DNA from: Epiperipatus broadwayi
Taxonomy: Eukaryota; Animalia; Onychophora
Direction: 5' to 3'
Assembly (NCBI GenBank): GCA_028023455.1
Contig: JAQFVV010000006.1
Location: 6,634,001-6,698,000 of the forward strand
Length of the DNA stretch: 64,000 bases
The notes below the pieces were generated by a model. It saw only the letters and a program-made list of their open reading frames with translations. It made no database searches and was not told the origin of the DNA. Shown here in pieces: positions 48,851 through 60,610 of the stretch (positions are counted from its first letter, which is position 1; each line of letters opens with the position of its first letter). Position numbers and translations under genes: made by a program.

Positions 48851-50159
48851 ATAGGCACTCAATATTTTACCTGGAAAGATTAATCAACATATAAATTCAA
48901 TTTTCTATATATATAGAACCACTTAAGTTGCTGAGCATGCTTTCAATCTATGCTGTCATATTCATGACTTTCTTTATCAGTAGTAGGAATTGCCATATTT
49001 GAATAACATTATGTATATCTATAATTTTAAATATTCAATTTCTTAGAAAACTCAACAGTAGAGTCTTTTATATTGTCAGCTTGGGAGTTATAGTGATAGA
49101 ACACTGAATTATGTGTTAATTAATCTTTTCTGGTAAAATATTTAAAAACGCTTATATACAGAATATTGTATAATAAAAATTCCATTCATTCTTTTCTCTA
49201 ACCCAATTTTTATATCTTCACACTCTCAGATCTAACCACTTCAGCTTCACCTATTTATATAGAAAGTAGGTTGAAGTAAAGAAGGGTTCCCCTCTTTTCT
49301 TCCAATGCATAAGCTTGTGGTTAAGACCTGTAGAGGTCCCTACCTTCGCATTTTCAACTGCACATACTTTATGTTTATTGCCTTAGTAAATAAATCTTCT
49401 GTATTTTCTCCATTACTTTCTTACTAATTTCTCTCCTTTTTTGTAGCCATTCTAAAAATGCAATCTTATCAATTCTTTTTACCTATAAACTTTTTATTAT
49501 TATACATATATCACTTCTCTATTTTTATTTCCAAAATTAAAGGTTCAATATTTTTTTTTACCTATGTAAATCATAAGACAAATTTAATTTTTTTCTCCTA
49601 TTCCTAGTATGTAGTTTTGACTTTTACTTCTGTTTCATCTTAAATATTAATTTCATATTTTTTTACAATTATCATAAATATTCTTTATCTTCAATAATAA
49701 TCTTCTTTTGATGCCATGACATTAGTTTTTATACTCTTTTCCCACATACAATATTTTTAATTTCCATAATATTCTTTCTCTTGTACTTTTTATATCTTCT
49801 CTTCTTCTATACCAATCCTAAATACTTTTTAAATTTAATATAGCATTAATATATTGTCTCACATTTAAGTGCAGTGCTAATGTGATCACCTGACAAGTTA
49901 AAATTTCTCAGATCTAATCACAGGTCCATCTTTTTTGTGCTCAAACACCAAATGATATAGTACCAATAACCTGTTAGATGCAGTTTGCAGTGAAAGACTT
50001 GAAAGCTAAAAGTCCATAAATTGAAGTTCAATTACATGGCAAGGGCTCCTAAAATAAACTACTGAATTTACAGTAGAGGTAAAATATTTGCTGCATTTGT
50101 TCCAAGCCCATTCCCCCTTTCCATGTAAATTGTATAGAATAGCTTGTTTTATTCATAAA

Positions 50160-50430
50160 CTTTAATTATAGCAAGATATGTTGGACTACTTTCATTTTCT
50201 ATCATTAAATGTCGAAATGTTGAATGTCTAGAAAATTATAAACTTTACTTAAACTTTTCAAATACAAACAGCTACTAGTAATAATGCACAAATAGACAAC
50301 ACCGATTCTCTGGTCTTCTTCAAGTGTTGCTGCTCTGACTATAAGACAATACTAAGTATGAGAGTCAAACACATCTTTAGATCCTTGGAAGAATAATGTT
50401 AAGGCAATACTCAAGCCAATTGAACTATTC
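50160..50430 (-). mobile_element. Old tRNA-headed SINE-like repeat (family H)
   Basis: Minus AATAGTTCAATTGGCTTGAGTATTG (A-box-like) ...GGATCTAAAGATGTG...CAGCAACACTTGAAGAAGA, matching 19680-19810. Confidence 0.55.
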
Positions 50431-50979
50431 TGTTCAGTTGGTTAGAGTGTTTCCTAGGTCCTAAATCTAGACATAAAATCCTATAAACTCACATGATGAG
50501 TGAGGCATGATGATGAGCTGTCTGTCATTCATGCTTGTTTACTGCATAAATAATCCAACTCGTAATAATCACCACAATAAGTGGACATTAGAACTTTTCT
50601 CTTTTCAATTCTTTTAAAGCATTGAAGAAAAATCTATCAACTAACAGCAGAAAAGTAGGAGTGAAGATAAATACGAAAAAGATCAAAATACTGGTTAGTA
50701 TTTTCTAGATTTTTTTATAGCAGTCCACCCCTTATTTCTCATCTCCACTACTAAAATAACTATCAACCAAAAGTCAGATTATGGTGCTTTCTCATCATGC
50801 ATGACCTCCACAAATCCCTGTTGCTTTTCAGAGAAGTTAGATGTGAAACTTCAAATCTCCATATTCATATTGACAGCTCATTATATAACTTTATTCCAGT
50901 AAGCACTAATTCCTAATCACTTCTTACACATTGTGGAAGAGTGGATAATTAGTGCATTAAAAATGTTCCCTCATCCCAA

Positions 50980-51650
50980 CACCATAATCATCTACCAATT
51001 CAGAAACTCAGACCTCTCTCTCTTATAGTTTCTTATTAGTTCATTCCTCATCTTAATTTCTCTATACCACAACCATCTCTCAGTGCAGTAAGTTAGATCT
51101 CCTATGAGTGCATCCATCATCCCAACTCTACCACATCACACTTATCTACCAATGCAAAAATCAGATCTTTCTCTCTTATAGTGAGTGTGCTTCAGCAGTT
51201 TCATTTTTCATCTCAACACCACCAATATCACAACCATCTACCAGTGCAGAAACTCAGATCTCCTACCTGTGCATATCTCACAACTCTACCATATCATAAT
51301 GATCTACCAATGCAAAATGTAGACCTGCATCTCTTGTAGTTTTTGTGTTCTATCAGTACATTCCTAATCTGAACACCACCATATCACTATTTTCCAGTGC
51401 ATAAACTCAGACCTTTGACTACCCTCAATTTAACCAGATCACAATCATCTATCAATGCTCTTCCTCTGTTATAGTTTGCGTGCTTTATCAGTGCATTCCT
51501 CATTTCAACTCTATCACATCACAATCATCTGCCAATGTTAAACTCAGACCTTCTGTTCTTATAGTATTTGTGCTTTATAACGCATTTCTTATCTTAGTTT
51601 ATCATATCATAACCATCAGTTCAAAAAGTTAGACCTCCTTTTCTCACTAT
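50980..51650. repeat. Old degenerate satellite with alternating subunits of about 90 and 65 bp
   Basis: CATCT(A/C)CCA(A/G)TGCA(G/A)AAACTCAGA(C/T)C-like motif recurs about 9 times. Confidence 0.7.
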
Positions 51651-52119
51651 ATATGTATTTCACAAAGAAGTATCACTTTATCAAATATATAGATCTCCAT
51701 GTTAATGTTGAGAGTTTACTGTCTTTCATTACACCATTCTTACATAAGGTTGTGCACAATGTGTGTTCACTTTGAACACCTTATGAAAAAGGGTTGTTGA
51801 CAAGAATGAGCTAAGATGAGATATGCATTGATAAAAAAACCACAAAACTTAAAAAAAAAAAAGCTTCTTTTTTTTAAAAAAAGTAAAGATTGAGAGCAAC
51901 GAATCAGAAAAATTTAGTCAGTAGAAATAAAGATAATAGTGAGATTGTTAACATAGATGGATATTATCTGGAGTTATTCACAGAATTAAACATGGATCAA
52001 GGGCTGGTAGCAGAATCCTAAAAGAAATTATGACTATGCATTTACAAAGGTACATTTTTTAATAAATATGTTTATAAGTACTTATTTGTGTATCTAAAAC
52101 TTGATCAATTAAAGAAAAT

Positions 52120-52320
52120 GAAAAACTGAAATCTCGGAACACACTGCAATATATGAAGAGATGCATGTTGGGAAACAAGAAGAGATTGAAAATAAAATAC
52201 ATGGGTGAAAAGATGAAACTGTCATGATAGAATTACAAGACTGAAGATGATAATAGGTGGTAAACCAAAATCTAAAATTGGATTCCAGGAGAGTGTAAAA
52301 GACCATCCACCACACATTAT
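52120..52320 (+). mobile_element. RTE LINE 3' fragment
   Basis: GAGATGCATGTTGGGAAACAAGAAGAGA..GATGATAATAGGTGG..ATTGGATTCCAGGAGAGTGTAAAAGACC matches 10489-10680. Confidence 0.78.
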
Positions 52321-52899
52321 GTGTGTGTGTGGGGTGGGGGTGGGGGGGTGAAATAAGACAATTTTCTGGAATGATCCATATATCAGATAAGAGTAAGTAT
52401 TAGAAAAACAGCACCACAAAAGCAGCCCTCCATTCTGGTGATGTGTAGCTTAAGTTTTTCAGGTGCATGTAAAATTAATATCCTTTGTCTTTAAACCCCA
52501 ATTCTCAGATTAGTTTTTAGATGTTACCTTTGTCAATGAAGGCCTGCAGTTCAAACTTGGACGAAATGCATATATGCATCCTGCAAAAGCTTCATTTTAT
52601 CTGTCAAACTGTTAAATCTCGGATCAGCTTTGGTTTTGAACCAATCAGCCTGCTTGAATTGTTATATAGATTTGAAGCCAATTCTGAAACTACATATTTT
52701 AGCATTTATATATTTCATTTTAAATTTATATAATTAGGTTGACTTGGGTTCAAACTCTCCGTAGATTTAAATTTCAAGTTTTTAACTAGACACTTAAAAA
52801 ATTGAATTTAAGATGATTGCAAGAAGCATATTTTCTTTCATTCCAACTTTGGATCTCTAGGTCTCATTGCCTCTGTTAACCACTGATTTCACCAGCTTA

Positions 52900-53500
52900 C
52901 ACTAAATGGCACGTGAATTTGTTTTATCATATTGTTCGCGCTAGTTATTTAATGATTTGCCATTAAACTGTATTACATGAGACTTTTCTTTTGGATTGAA
53001 TTGATAATTGAAAATTAAGATGAATAGATGGTTAACTGGGTTAAAATCTTAGAACTGCTTAGAAAGTTTCAGCTAACTGAATATAAGCCAGATTTAAATC
53101 TGAGGTTGTAGTCGTAATACACTGACGCACTACGCGCCTTGAGGTGCTTCATATATATAATTCATGCGTGTAACTCACAAACATCAGACACACATGCATG
53201 CACGAAGATTAACTTTTTTTTCTCCTCATAAAACATTCCTGTATTAAAGAATATATTTAACTGATAGGGGAAATTCGAACAACTTGATTAAATTACTAAT
53301 GAAGTCATTAGTCTGCAGGATTCATATAGAGACGGCTTAACGTTTATACAGAACAGCCGGAATTATTTTTAAGACTCGGAGTAATTAGCTATTTATAAAC
53401 AAGAAAGAAAAAAAATATTCGAAGCAAGTTAAAAATAAACTGCGTAAACACTTTTTTGAATAATCCGATTGGTCAGCATTAATCAATAATATAATTAATA
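52900..53500. promoter_or_regulatory. CpG-retaining patch with E-box and CCAAT-like motifs
   Basis: CACGTG (52910), GTTCGCGC, CTACGCGCC, CAGCCGGAA, CCGATTGGTCAG (53465); no transcript evidence. Confidence 0.35.
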
Positions 53501-54239
53501 CTCATCAGAAAAATAATTAAGCTATTTTTAATTTACCTTTAATCCAATTAATTCTATCATTTGTATAATATTATCAATAGGTCAATCAGAGAAAATTATA
53601 ATTATTGTTCAAAAGTAAACCCTCACCTGAATGAAATTCAGTGGTGATATTTAAAAAGAATTGAAACAGTTTACGATTGTCTAAAATTTTATAAAAGAAA
53701 TATATTAAAATGATAAATCTATTAATTAATTAAAACAATCCATTTCTTAAATAATGTTCAAATGATTTTTTGCCTGTGAGTTCACAAAATGTCTAAGCAC
53801 CCATAAATAACAGAGATGAACTGCAACTCATGGACTTTGGAACCCACCATCTCACCCCTCTACCACTACATTCCACCACACTGCACAGAGTTATCCATCC
53901 TCTGGGAAATATGGTATAAAAATTCTCTTTCCACACTTTAAAAATTTGATTTATAATAATCATAAAAATGTTTTCAATTTTTATTTTCTTCTTGAAAATG
54001 ATGATAGAAAATGGTTGAAACTTTGAATAAAATTTGCAAAAAATAAATTTACTTAATTCATATAAAATATAATTTTTTTTAGTTTTAAAAAAGCTTTTTT
54101 TCCTGTGATGTTCAAAATAAATTTATATTTATCCATGACTATCAAATAGATTAGTGAATGATAATTTAATTAATAAGACCTTCTTTTTTACATTTTTTTA
54201 AATGTAAACATACTATTTCTACAAAGAAATTTTTTTTTT

Positions 54240-54280
54240 TTTTTACAGTTTCGACTGCCGATCAGTCTTCATCAAAGATT
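54240..54280 (-). ncRNA. Hammerhead motif, family B (C3->U)
   Basis: Minus: UUGAUGA-A-GACUG aucgg CAGUC-GAAAC-U-GUA. Confidence 0.6.
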
Positions 54281-55844
54281 AAAAATATTTAAATACATAT
54301 GAGTGCATAGAAATGACTTTTAAAATTAAGTAGTTTTTAAATCCACTATATGAATATTAGCACTTTTTAAAAATGTATTCCGATAACAGACTATATGCAA
54401 ATGAATGTTGTAAAGATTTTATTAGCATGTTAACTATCAGTTAAACCCTTTTTAATTTAGTATAAAAGTAGAGTGATATATTCAAGAGCAAAAGTTCCTG
54501 AATTGTAGCTCTGCTTTGTCACTTCTAGTACTTATTATCACATGACCTCCTGAGTATTATATCATTTCATTATTAATATATCTTCAGCTATAACGCAAAC
54601 TTGTAGATAATGGTTTCTTCACAGTTATGAGTTGTCTTACATTGGAGAATTTTAAAATACTGTCATTAAACGCTATTTACAGATTTGATGTAAATGTGTG
54701 ATGTAAAGACTTCATGATACATCAGTAGTATACCTGTCTGTCAGACTTATGATGTGAGTTCAAATCAGGTCCAAGTAAATTTTGAAAAGACAAGATTTTT
54801 CTTTCAAGTGGTCTTTTCATGGACAACCCAATTGATTATCCACTATTAGTTAGTAAATGGATATTTAAATACTCTTAATAGAAAGTTGAAATAACCATGA
54901 AGAGATTCAAATCCTTACCTCTTATTAATTGTAAAATATGAGTAATGCTTTCTTCACAGTTCCTCTGTGAAAGTATTGCAGTGAGCTATTTAAAGATCAT
55001 TTTACCTGATCTATGGGTGAAATGCATGGTAAATAATAAAATCATTAAGAATTATAATATTAAATATAAAAAAAATATATCAAAGAACTATTTTATATTG
55101 TTTATAGTTAATATATCGAATAATTGACATTTTGCTCATCATTTGATTGGAAAAAATTCATGCATTTATTTATAAATAGCTTTTGTTGGATTCATAATTC
55201 TCTTTGACCAGTGCATGTTTATGGTATGTACGGACTTTTATGAATTTATGCAGTTACTTTTATTTCCCAGCATATACCAGAACATTTACATACAAAATAT
55301 GCATGTTTATACTAAAAATTAATGTTGATTTTGATCAACAATACAGAATATTAAAACCAGTTTAAAATATGTTATAGTCAACATGCTGAAAAGACTAAAA
55401 CTTTAAAACAAGTTTGCTTTATTATTGGTAACATACCATGTACAAATATTAATATATGTACAAAAAAGTGTAAATTATACAGACAAACATATGATGAAAT
55501 TACAAAAAAAATCAAGTCAGATATCACATGATCTAATTTGCTTATTTGCGAGCTCTTTATATAACATATGATGAAACTATGACATATCACAACTTGAGTA
55601 ATATAACATTCTTCAACATTGATATAAGTGAAGCCCAATAGAAAGAACAGATCATATGGGTAAATGCTCAATTAATCGGTCATTACTTTTGTGGAATGTT
55701 AATCTCGATAAAAGTTCAAGCTATGATTTTTTACATTTGAAACATATTGTAAATTGTCATGTTTTGGTCATGATTTTCCTAGTAAAAAATTGAGGGAGCA
55801 TAAATGTGTTAAATCATTCTTTGTGGTTTATTTTGAATACTACT

Positions 55845-56178
55845 AAAGATCACATGATCACCATTTCTTATGCTTGCTCATAATTGTTATTAAAACAGGC
55901 AAAACTCTCCATACAGTAGTGCCACTCAGTGCAAGCCTGAGTAATTAATGGATGCAAGAAGGCTTGTGCATAAAATACCTATCTAAGATCTACGATCTAG
56001 GTGCAGTGCTCTCAATCCAAGGCTCCTCACTGATGAAGGCCACAAGCCATAAACTAGTCTGGGGATATTGGATGAGTAGGCACTAGATGGGGATTTTATG
56101 CACAAGCCTTCTGGCATCCATTAATTACTCTGGCTTGCACTGAGTGGCACTACTGTATGGAGAATTTTTTCCTGTTTA
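55845..56178. mobile_element. HHR family A fold-back, tail on left
   Basis: 55890-55985 is mirrored by 56078-56178; HHR-like CCUCA-CUGAUGA(56030-56036)-A-GGC cacaa GCC-A-UAAAC-UA-GUC/UGGGG (G12->U). Confidence 0.92.
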
Positions 56179-56807
56179 TTTTGAATACATTGTACATTTT
56201 ATGGTCAAATGTAACAGGGTAGCATACAAACCACATGATTCTAAGTTTGTAAACAGTCAGGGGTGCATTGTAGAGATACCAAAAACATATGGCTTTATTG
56301 CTTGAAATTTCATAAGAATTTCAAGTGTCACAGTTTGGTACAAATGGTAGAATGTCTGACTTGCAATTAGAAATTCCAGGCTTTATTCTTGCACTCAAAC
56401 ATCTTATGAACTCCAGCGCAATAAAACCATATGTGTATTTTATGTTTTTAGACAATTGCTTTGCACAACTTAATTTTACAAACAGTACTCTACATTCATC
56501 TATTGAACAGACTTTTGTATTATAACAGTTCATTTTTACCCAAAGGAAATGATATAGAGTCATGTATATTATGCACGGTCCTATTTATAATTTAAAATAA
56601 TTTCTAAAATTATCGCACGTATTTTAATTTGCCTAAACGTTTTTAATCAGATACATTTCGGAACTGCATGGCATAAGAAAAATAAGAGAATATTAATGGT
56701 TTCTCCGTTATTTCAATGTTAACATTACATTATGCTCTAATCTTATTTTAACTTGCTCAGCCTTATCTATTTCAAAATTGTGCATGATAAATGAATATTA
56801 AACCACT

Positions 56808-57082
56808 AAAAATCACATGATCACCATTTCTTATGCTTGCACATAACTGTTATTAACACAGGATGTGATGTGATGTGATGGATTATGGCTTCTCCTTAAA
56901 CAAAGTCAAGAATATCTCAGCAATTATGCCCAGATAAACTCTCCATACAGTAGTGTCACTCAGTGCCAGCCAGAGTAATCAATGGATGAGTAGGCACTAG
57001 ATGGGGATTTTTTGCACAAGCCTTCTGGCATCCATTGATTACTCTGGCTGGCACTGAGTGGCACTACTGTATGAAGAGTTTG
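56808..57082. mobile_element. HHR family A fold-back (HHR absent) with (GATGT)n insertion
   Basis: Tail 56808-56860; arms 56936-56985 and 57027-57080. Confidence 0.88.
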
Positions 57083-57842
57083 TATGAAGAGTTTTGGATA
57101 TTAATAAATTTTCATATTTATGAAAAATTTCATCCATGACAATATTTTTCTTTTTGCCATTGATAAAATAAATATATCATTCATAAAAAAAATCACAGGA
57201 ATTAGTAAGGTATCTCATAATTTGACATGGATAGTGCTACAAGTTATCTCATAACTGATCATGTGCAAGTATTCTTATGAAATGTCTCAAAATTGAGCTT
57301 TTTTTTTTCTGAGAAGCTGGACTACAAAATAACAAGATTTCTTAAAAGTGAACAAAAAAAAGAGACGGTAGATACATATTATTAATAGAGTTTAAATAAA
57401 AAGATTAATCCATCTGCTCTGGCACCCTGTTGATAGTATTTTTTTAATTTTTTTTTGGATAATCCCCCATGCATAATGTTCTTTAAAATCAACAATACAT
57501 TACATGACATATGCTTACACAAATGCCATCAAATTCTTTTTTCTCATCACAGCAGTGCCACCTAGTGCACATCAAGATAAACTGATCCAAAATCCAATGT
57601 TCTAAAAGCCATAACCTAAAAACTAATCTGGAAATATTAGATAGAGCAATACTGGATAGGGATTTATTAAGCACTATTAACTGACATCTATTAATTACTA
57701 AAGATTACACTAGGTGGCATAAATGTGGTCAGAACAAAATTGTCACTGATCAGATTTTTTTTCTGTTTCTCCATTCATTTAACATTTTTCCATATTTAGC
57801 AATATTTCACAGCTGCTACTTATAGACTGTAGTAATACTTAT

Positions 57843-58092
57843 AAATAGTCAAAATAAGAGTCATAGACCACATGACCCTATTCTCTTAAGCTTGTAAGTT
57901 ATAAACAATGAGGATTGCCAATTCCTCAACAAGCTTTGTGTCTGAACCTACCCTAACACCTGCTGAGGAGTGCCAAAGCATGAAACCATGGTCAGGGGTT
58001 TGGGGGGGGTTCATGACAGATATTTTAAATGCTTTCTCTGGCTAAGCATTTATCACAAAGCTTGTTGAGGAATTGGCAATTCTCATTGTTTA
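57843..58092. mobile_element. HHR family E fold-back, tail on left
   Basis: 57843-57940 is the reverse complement of 20400-20495; arms 57902-57940 and 58052-58091. Confidence 0.92.
57957..57999 (+). ncRNA. Type I hammerhead motif, family E (core intact)
   Basis: CUGAGGA(57963-57969)-GUGC caaa GCAU-GAAAC(57982-57986)-CAUG-GUC/AGGGGU; helix I (CCU/AGG) is offset by one extra G. Confidence 0.8.
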
Positions 58093-58133
58093 ATACTTAT
58101 AAAAATTGGCATGTGGCAAGGAAAACTTTTTTT

Positions 58134-58241
58134 CCCCATATGTCATAGCATTGGCCAGGAGGCGAACACACAACAACCATCTGCAACCAACTGCTTGCTT
58201 GCAAGGTGGCTGCGCTAATCTCTCGGCTAACAACGCTTAAT
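58134..58241 (-). mobile_element. tRNA-Gly-derived short SINE with about 13-16-bp TSD
   Basis: Minus GCGTTGTTAGCCGAGAGATTAGCGCAGCCACCTTGCAAGC...GGCCAATGCTATGACATATG; AAGGAAAACTTTTTTT at 58118-58133 and 58242-58257. Confidence 0.85.
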
Positions 58242-58812
58242 AAGGAAAACTTTTTTTGGTGGTATTAAAACTACAATAAAACAGCTTTTTAAGACAGTTT
58301 TGTTGTGTTTTTAAATATAAAATTTGATGTAATTAAGTAATGATTATTTTTTACATTCTGGAATAATTTTTTAAATAGCACAAATCTATTCACATATCAT
58401 TACTATAATAATAATTCACAAATCATATTCTTAAAGAATCATTTAAATAAACTTGCAAATATATCCACTTTTTTATAACAAGGGCAATCTATTTGCCAGA
58501 TAAAAATTGAAAATGGTTTCATTATTTTCAAATTCATTTAAATCATTTTTGGGGAATATGGTTTATAAATTATCATAGTAATATTTTTGGCTGTTCTGAG
58601 GATAGATTTATATTGTTAGCATTATAAATCTGATATGTTATGACTTATGCAAGGCCAAATTTCTTCTCCTTTTTAATTTTTAAAAAACCTTATGATTTGA
58701 GATAAAAAACATCACAAAACCTATATAATTGAAAAGTAGTTACCTGTTATTATTTTGGAAGATATATATAAAAGTGTAATAATGCTCAAGGTTAAATGGG
58801 TTTGTAAGTAAT

Positions 58813-59052
58813 CATTAAAAACCAGTGAACACTTAGACATTCCCAATATCAATAACAATCAACAATTTCAAACTGTTGTCATGGCAACTTCCTTTTAACA
58901 ATAAAGGTGGAAGCCTATCAACAATTTCAAATTGTTGTCAAGCAACTTCTTTTAATACCTTTATTGTTAAAAGGAGGTTGCCTTGACAACATTTTGAAAT
59001 TGTTGATTGTTATTGATATTGGGATTGTCTAAGTGTTGACTGGTTTTTAATG
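58813..59052. repeat. Fold-back of dispersed family F with duplicated internal segment
   Basis: 58813-58895 is mirrored by about 58955-59052; a related single copy lies at 26563-26645. Confidence 0.9.
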
Positions 59053-59598
59053 ATATATATATATATGATTAATAAGATAAAAAGTACATTTTTAAACAAA
59101 CTATTAAATTATATTTGAAGGCTCACACAGAAATAATCAAAAATAGTTTAGAAAAAAAAATGACTTGTGTTAATATAATTTTAAGCCAAAGGATTTATTT
59201 ACAAGTATTTCTTGAAAAAAAAAACATGGTTCAATGTCTGGAAATGTAATAGTCTCCAACAATAATGAACACATTATTGTACAATCACTACATAAGTACA
59301 CAGCCAAATAGCCCAGACTAATTTCAAACCTTTACTTTCTAATTAAAAAAAATTAGACATTCATTGATTTATTTCACATGGATGGTATCTGTGATGGCTA
59401 AAAATTTTTCAAAAATTATAGAAACAATTTATTCAAATAGCAGTCAATTCATTAAAATTTATGATATATTTATAAAGCTTGGAAATAACTTAAGCATTTC
59501 TATAAGATACTAGAATGATTTATATTAATAGCATGACAAACCATATCTTCTTATTTCTGAGGAAACTACTTAACATATATACACACAATATATTCTAA

Positions 59599-59885
59599 AT
59601 GGAAATATTTTAATGTGAGAAGTTAGCCATTTATAATTACTCAATTAGAAAGCACTCGCTGAGAACAAAAGCTAATGAAAGGCTACTGCCCCCAAGCCAA
59701 GATTTAAAGTAAAAACGGACAGGCTGATTGCAATCAAAATGAGGATTGAGTTCAATCAGCCTGTCACTTTTTACTTTAAATCTTGGCTTGGGGGCAGTTA
59801 GCTTTTATTAGCTTCTGTTCTCAGTTGAGTACTTTCTGATTGAGTAATTATAAATGGCTAACTCCACACATTAAAATATTTCCAT
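59599..59885. repeat. Long hairpin, about 130-bp arms
   Basis: ATGGAAATATTTTAATGTG...CCCCCAAGCCAAGATTTAAAGTAAAAA..GACAGGCTGATTG is mirrored by CAATCAGCCTGTC..TTTTTACTTTAAATCTTGGCTTGGGGG...CACATTAAAATATTTCCAT. Confidence 0.93.
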
Positions 59886-60610
59886 CTAAAACATCTATTA
59901 ATATATTTTATTATACTGTCTTTTATAAATCTAAACTCTTCTTTAAATAAACATTTGACAAAGCTTGCTAAAAGGTAGATCTATAATATCCAAAACTAGG
60001 TTTCAGAATAAACTAGCTACAATATCATCCTATGACATCTAAGATGTAGGATTTGAATATAGCCTGAATAAAGTTTTTTTTTTCTAATCATACATAAGCA
60101 TAAGACTCTTTGCTGCGGCAATCATTCTATATCCAATCAAAAAAATTTTGATCAGTAAATGGATATCTAGCTATTTATAGCTGAATGGTCATCTTTCCAC
60201 TTAATCTGGATTGGTCAGTTGAGCACTGGTGTGTAGTACTAGAATGGCTTTGATGTTTGAGAATTTATAAGAAATTTGAGTATTGGAAGTTGATCCTATG
60301 ACCCCACATTCCAGAAACTGACCCTCTACTGCTGCACTTAACCACATAGTGCTGCATCAAAGTATTTACTGTAAAAATAAAAAATTGACTATAGGACGAT
60401 GTGTTTCTTTCATCTATAGTGGTGAGGTGACATTTTACGTGAATGTTAAGCTCACAATGCAACCTTCCCTTTTATAAGTTATATACCACAAAGTGAATGA
60501 TATAAATGTTTATTGACTCAAACCATCATCTAATTCTTTTTAAAAAAAATCATTAAAAAAAAAAATCATTCTATTATCAAATAAATTAAAAAAATTAATT
60601 GGATATATCA

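Noticed and set aside
49250-49860. Possible old RT fragment on the minus strand
   Set aside because: Too degenerate and A-rich to identify any motif reliably.
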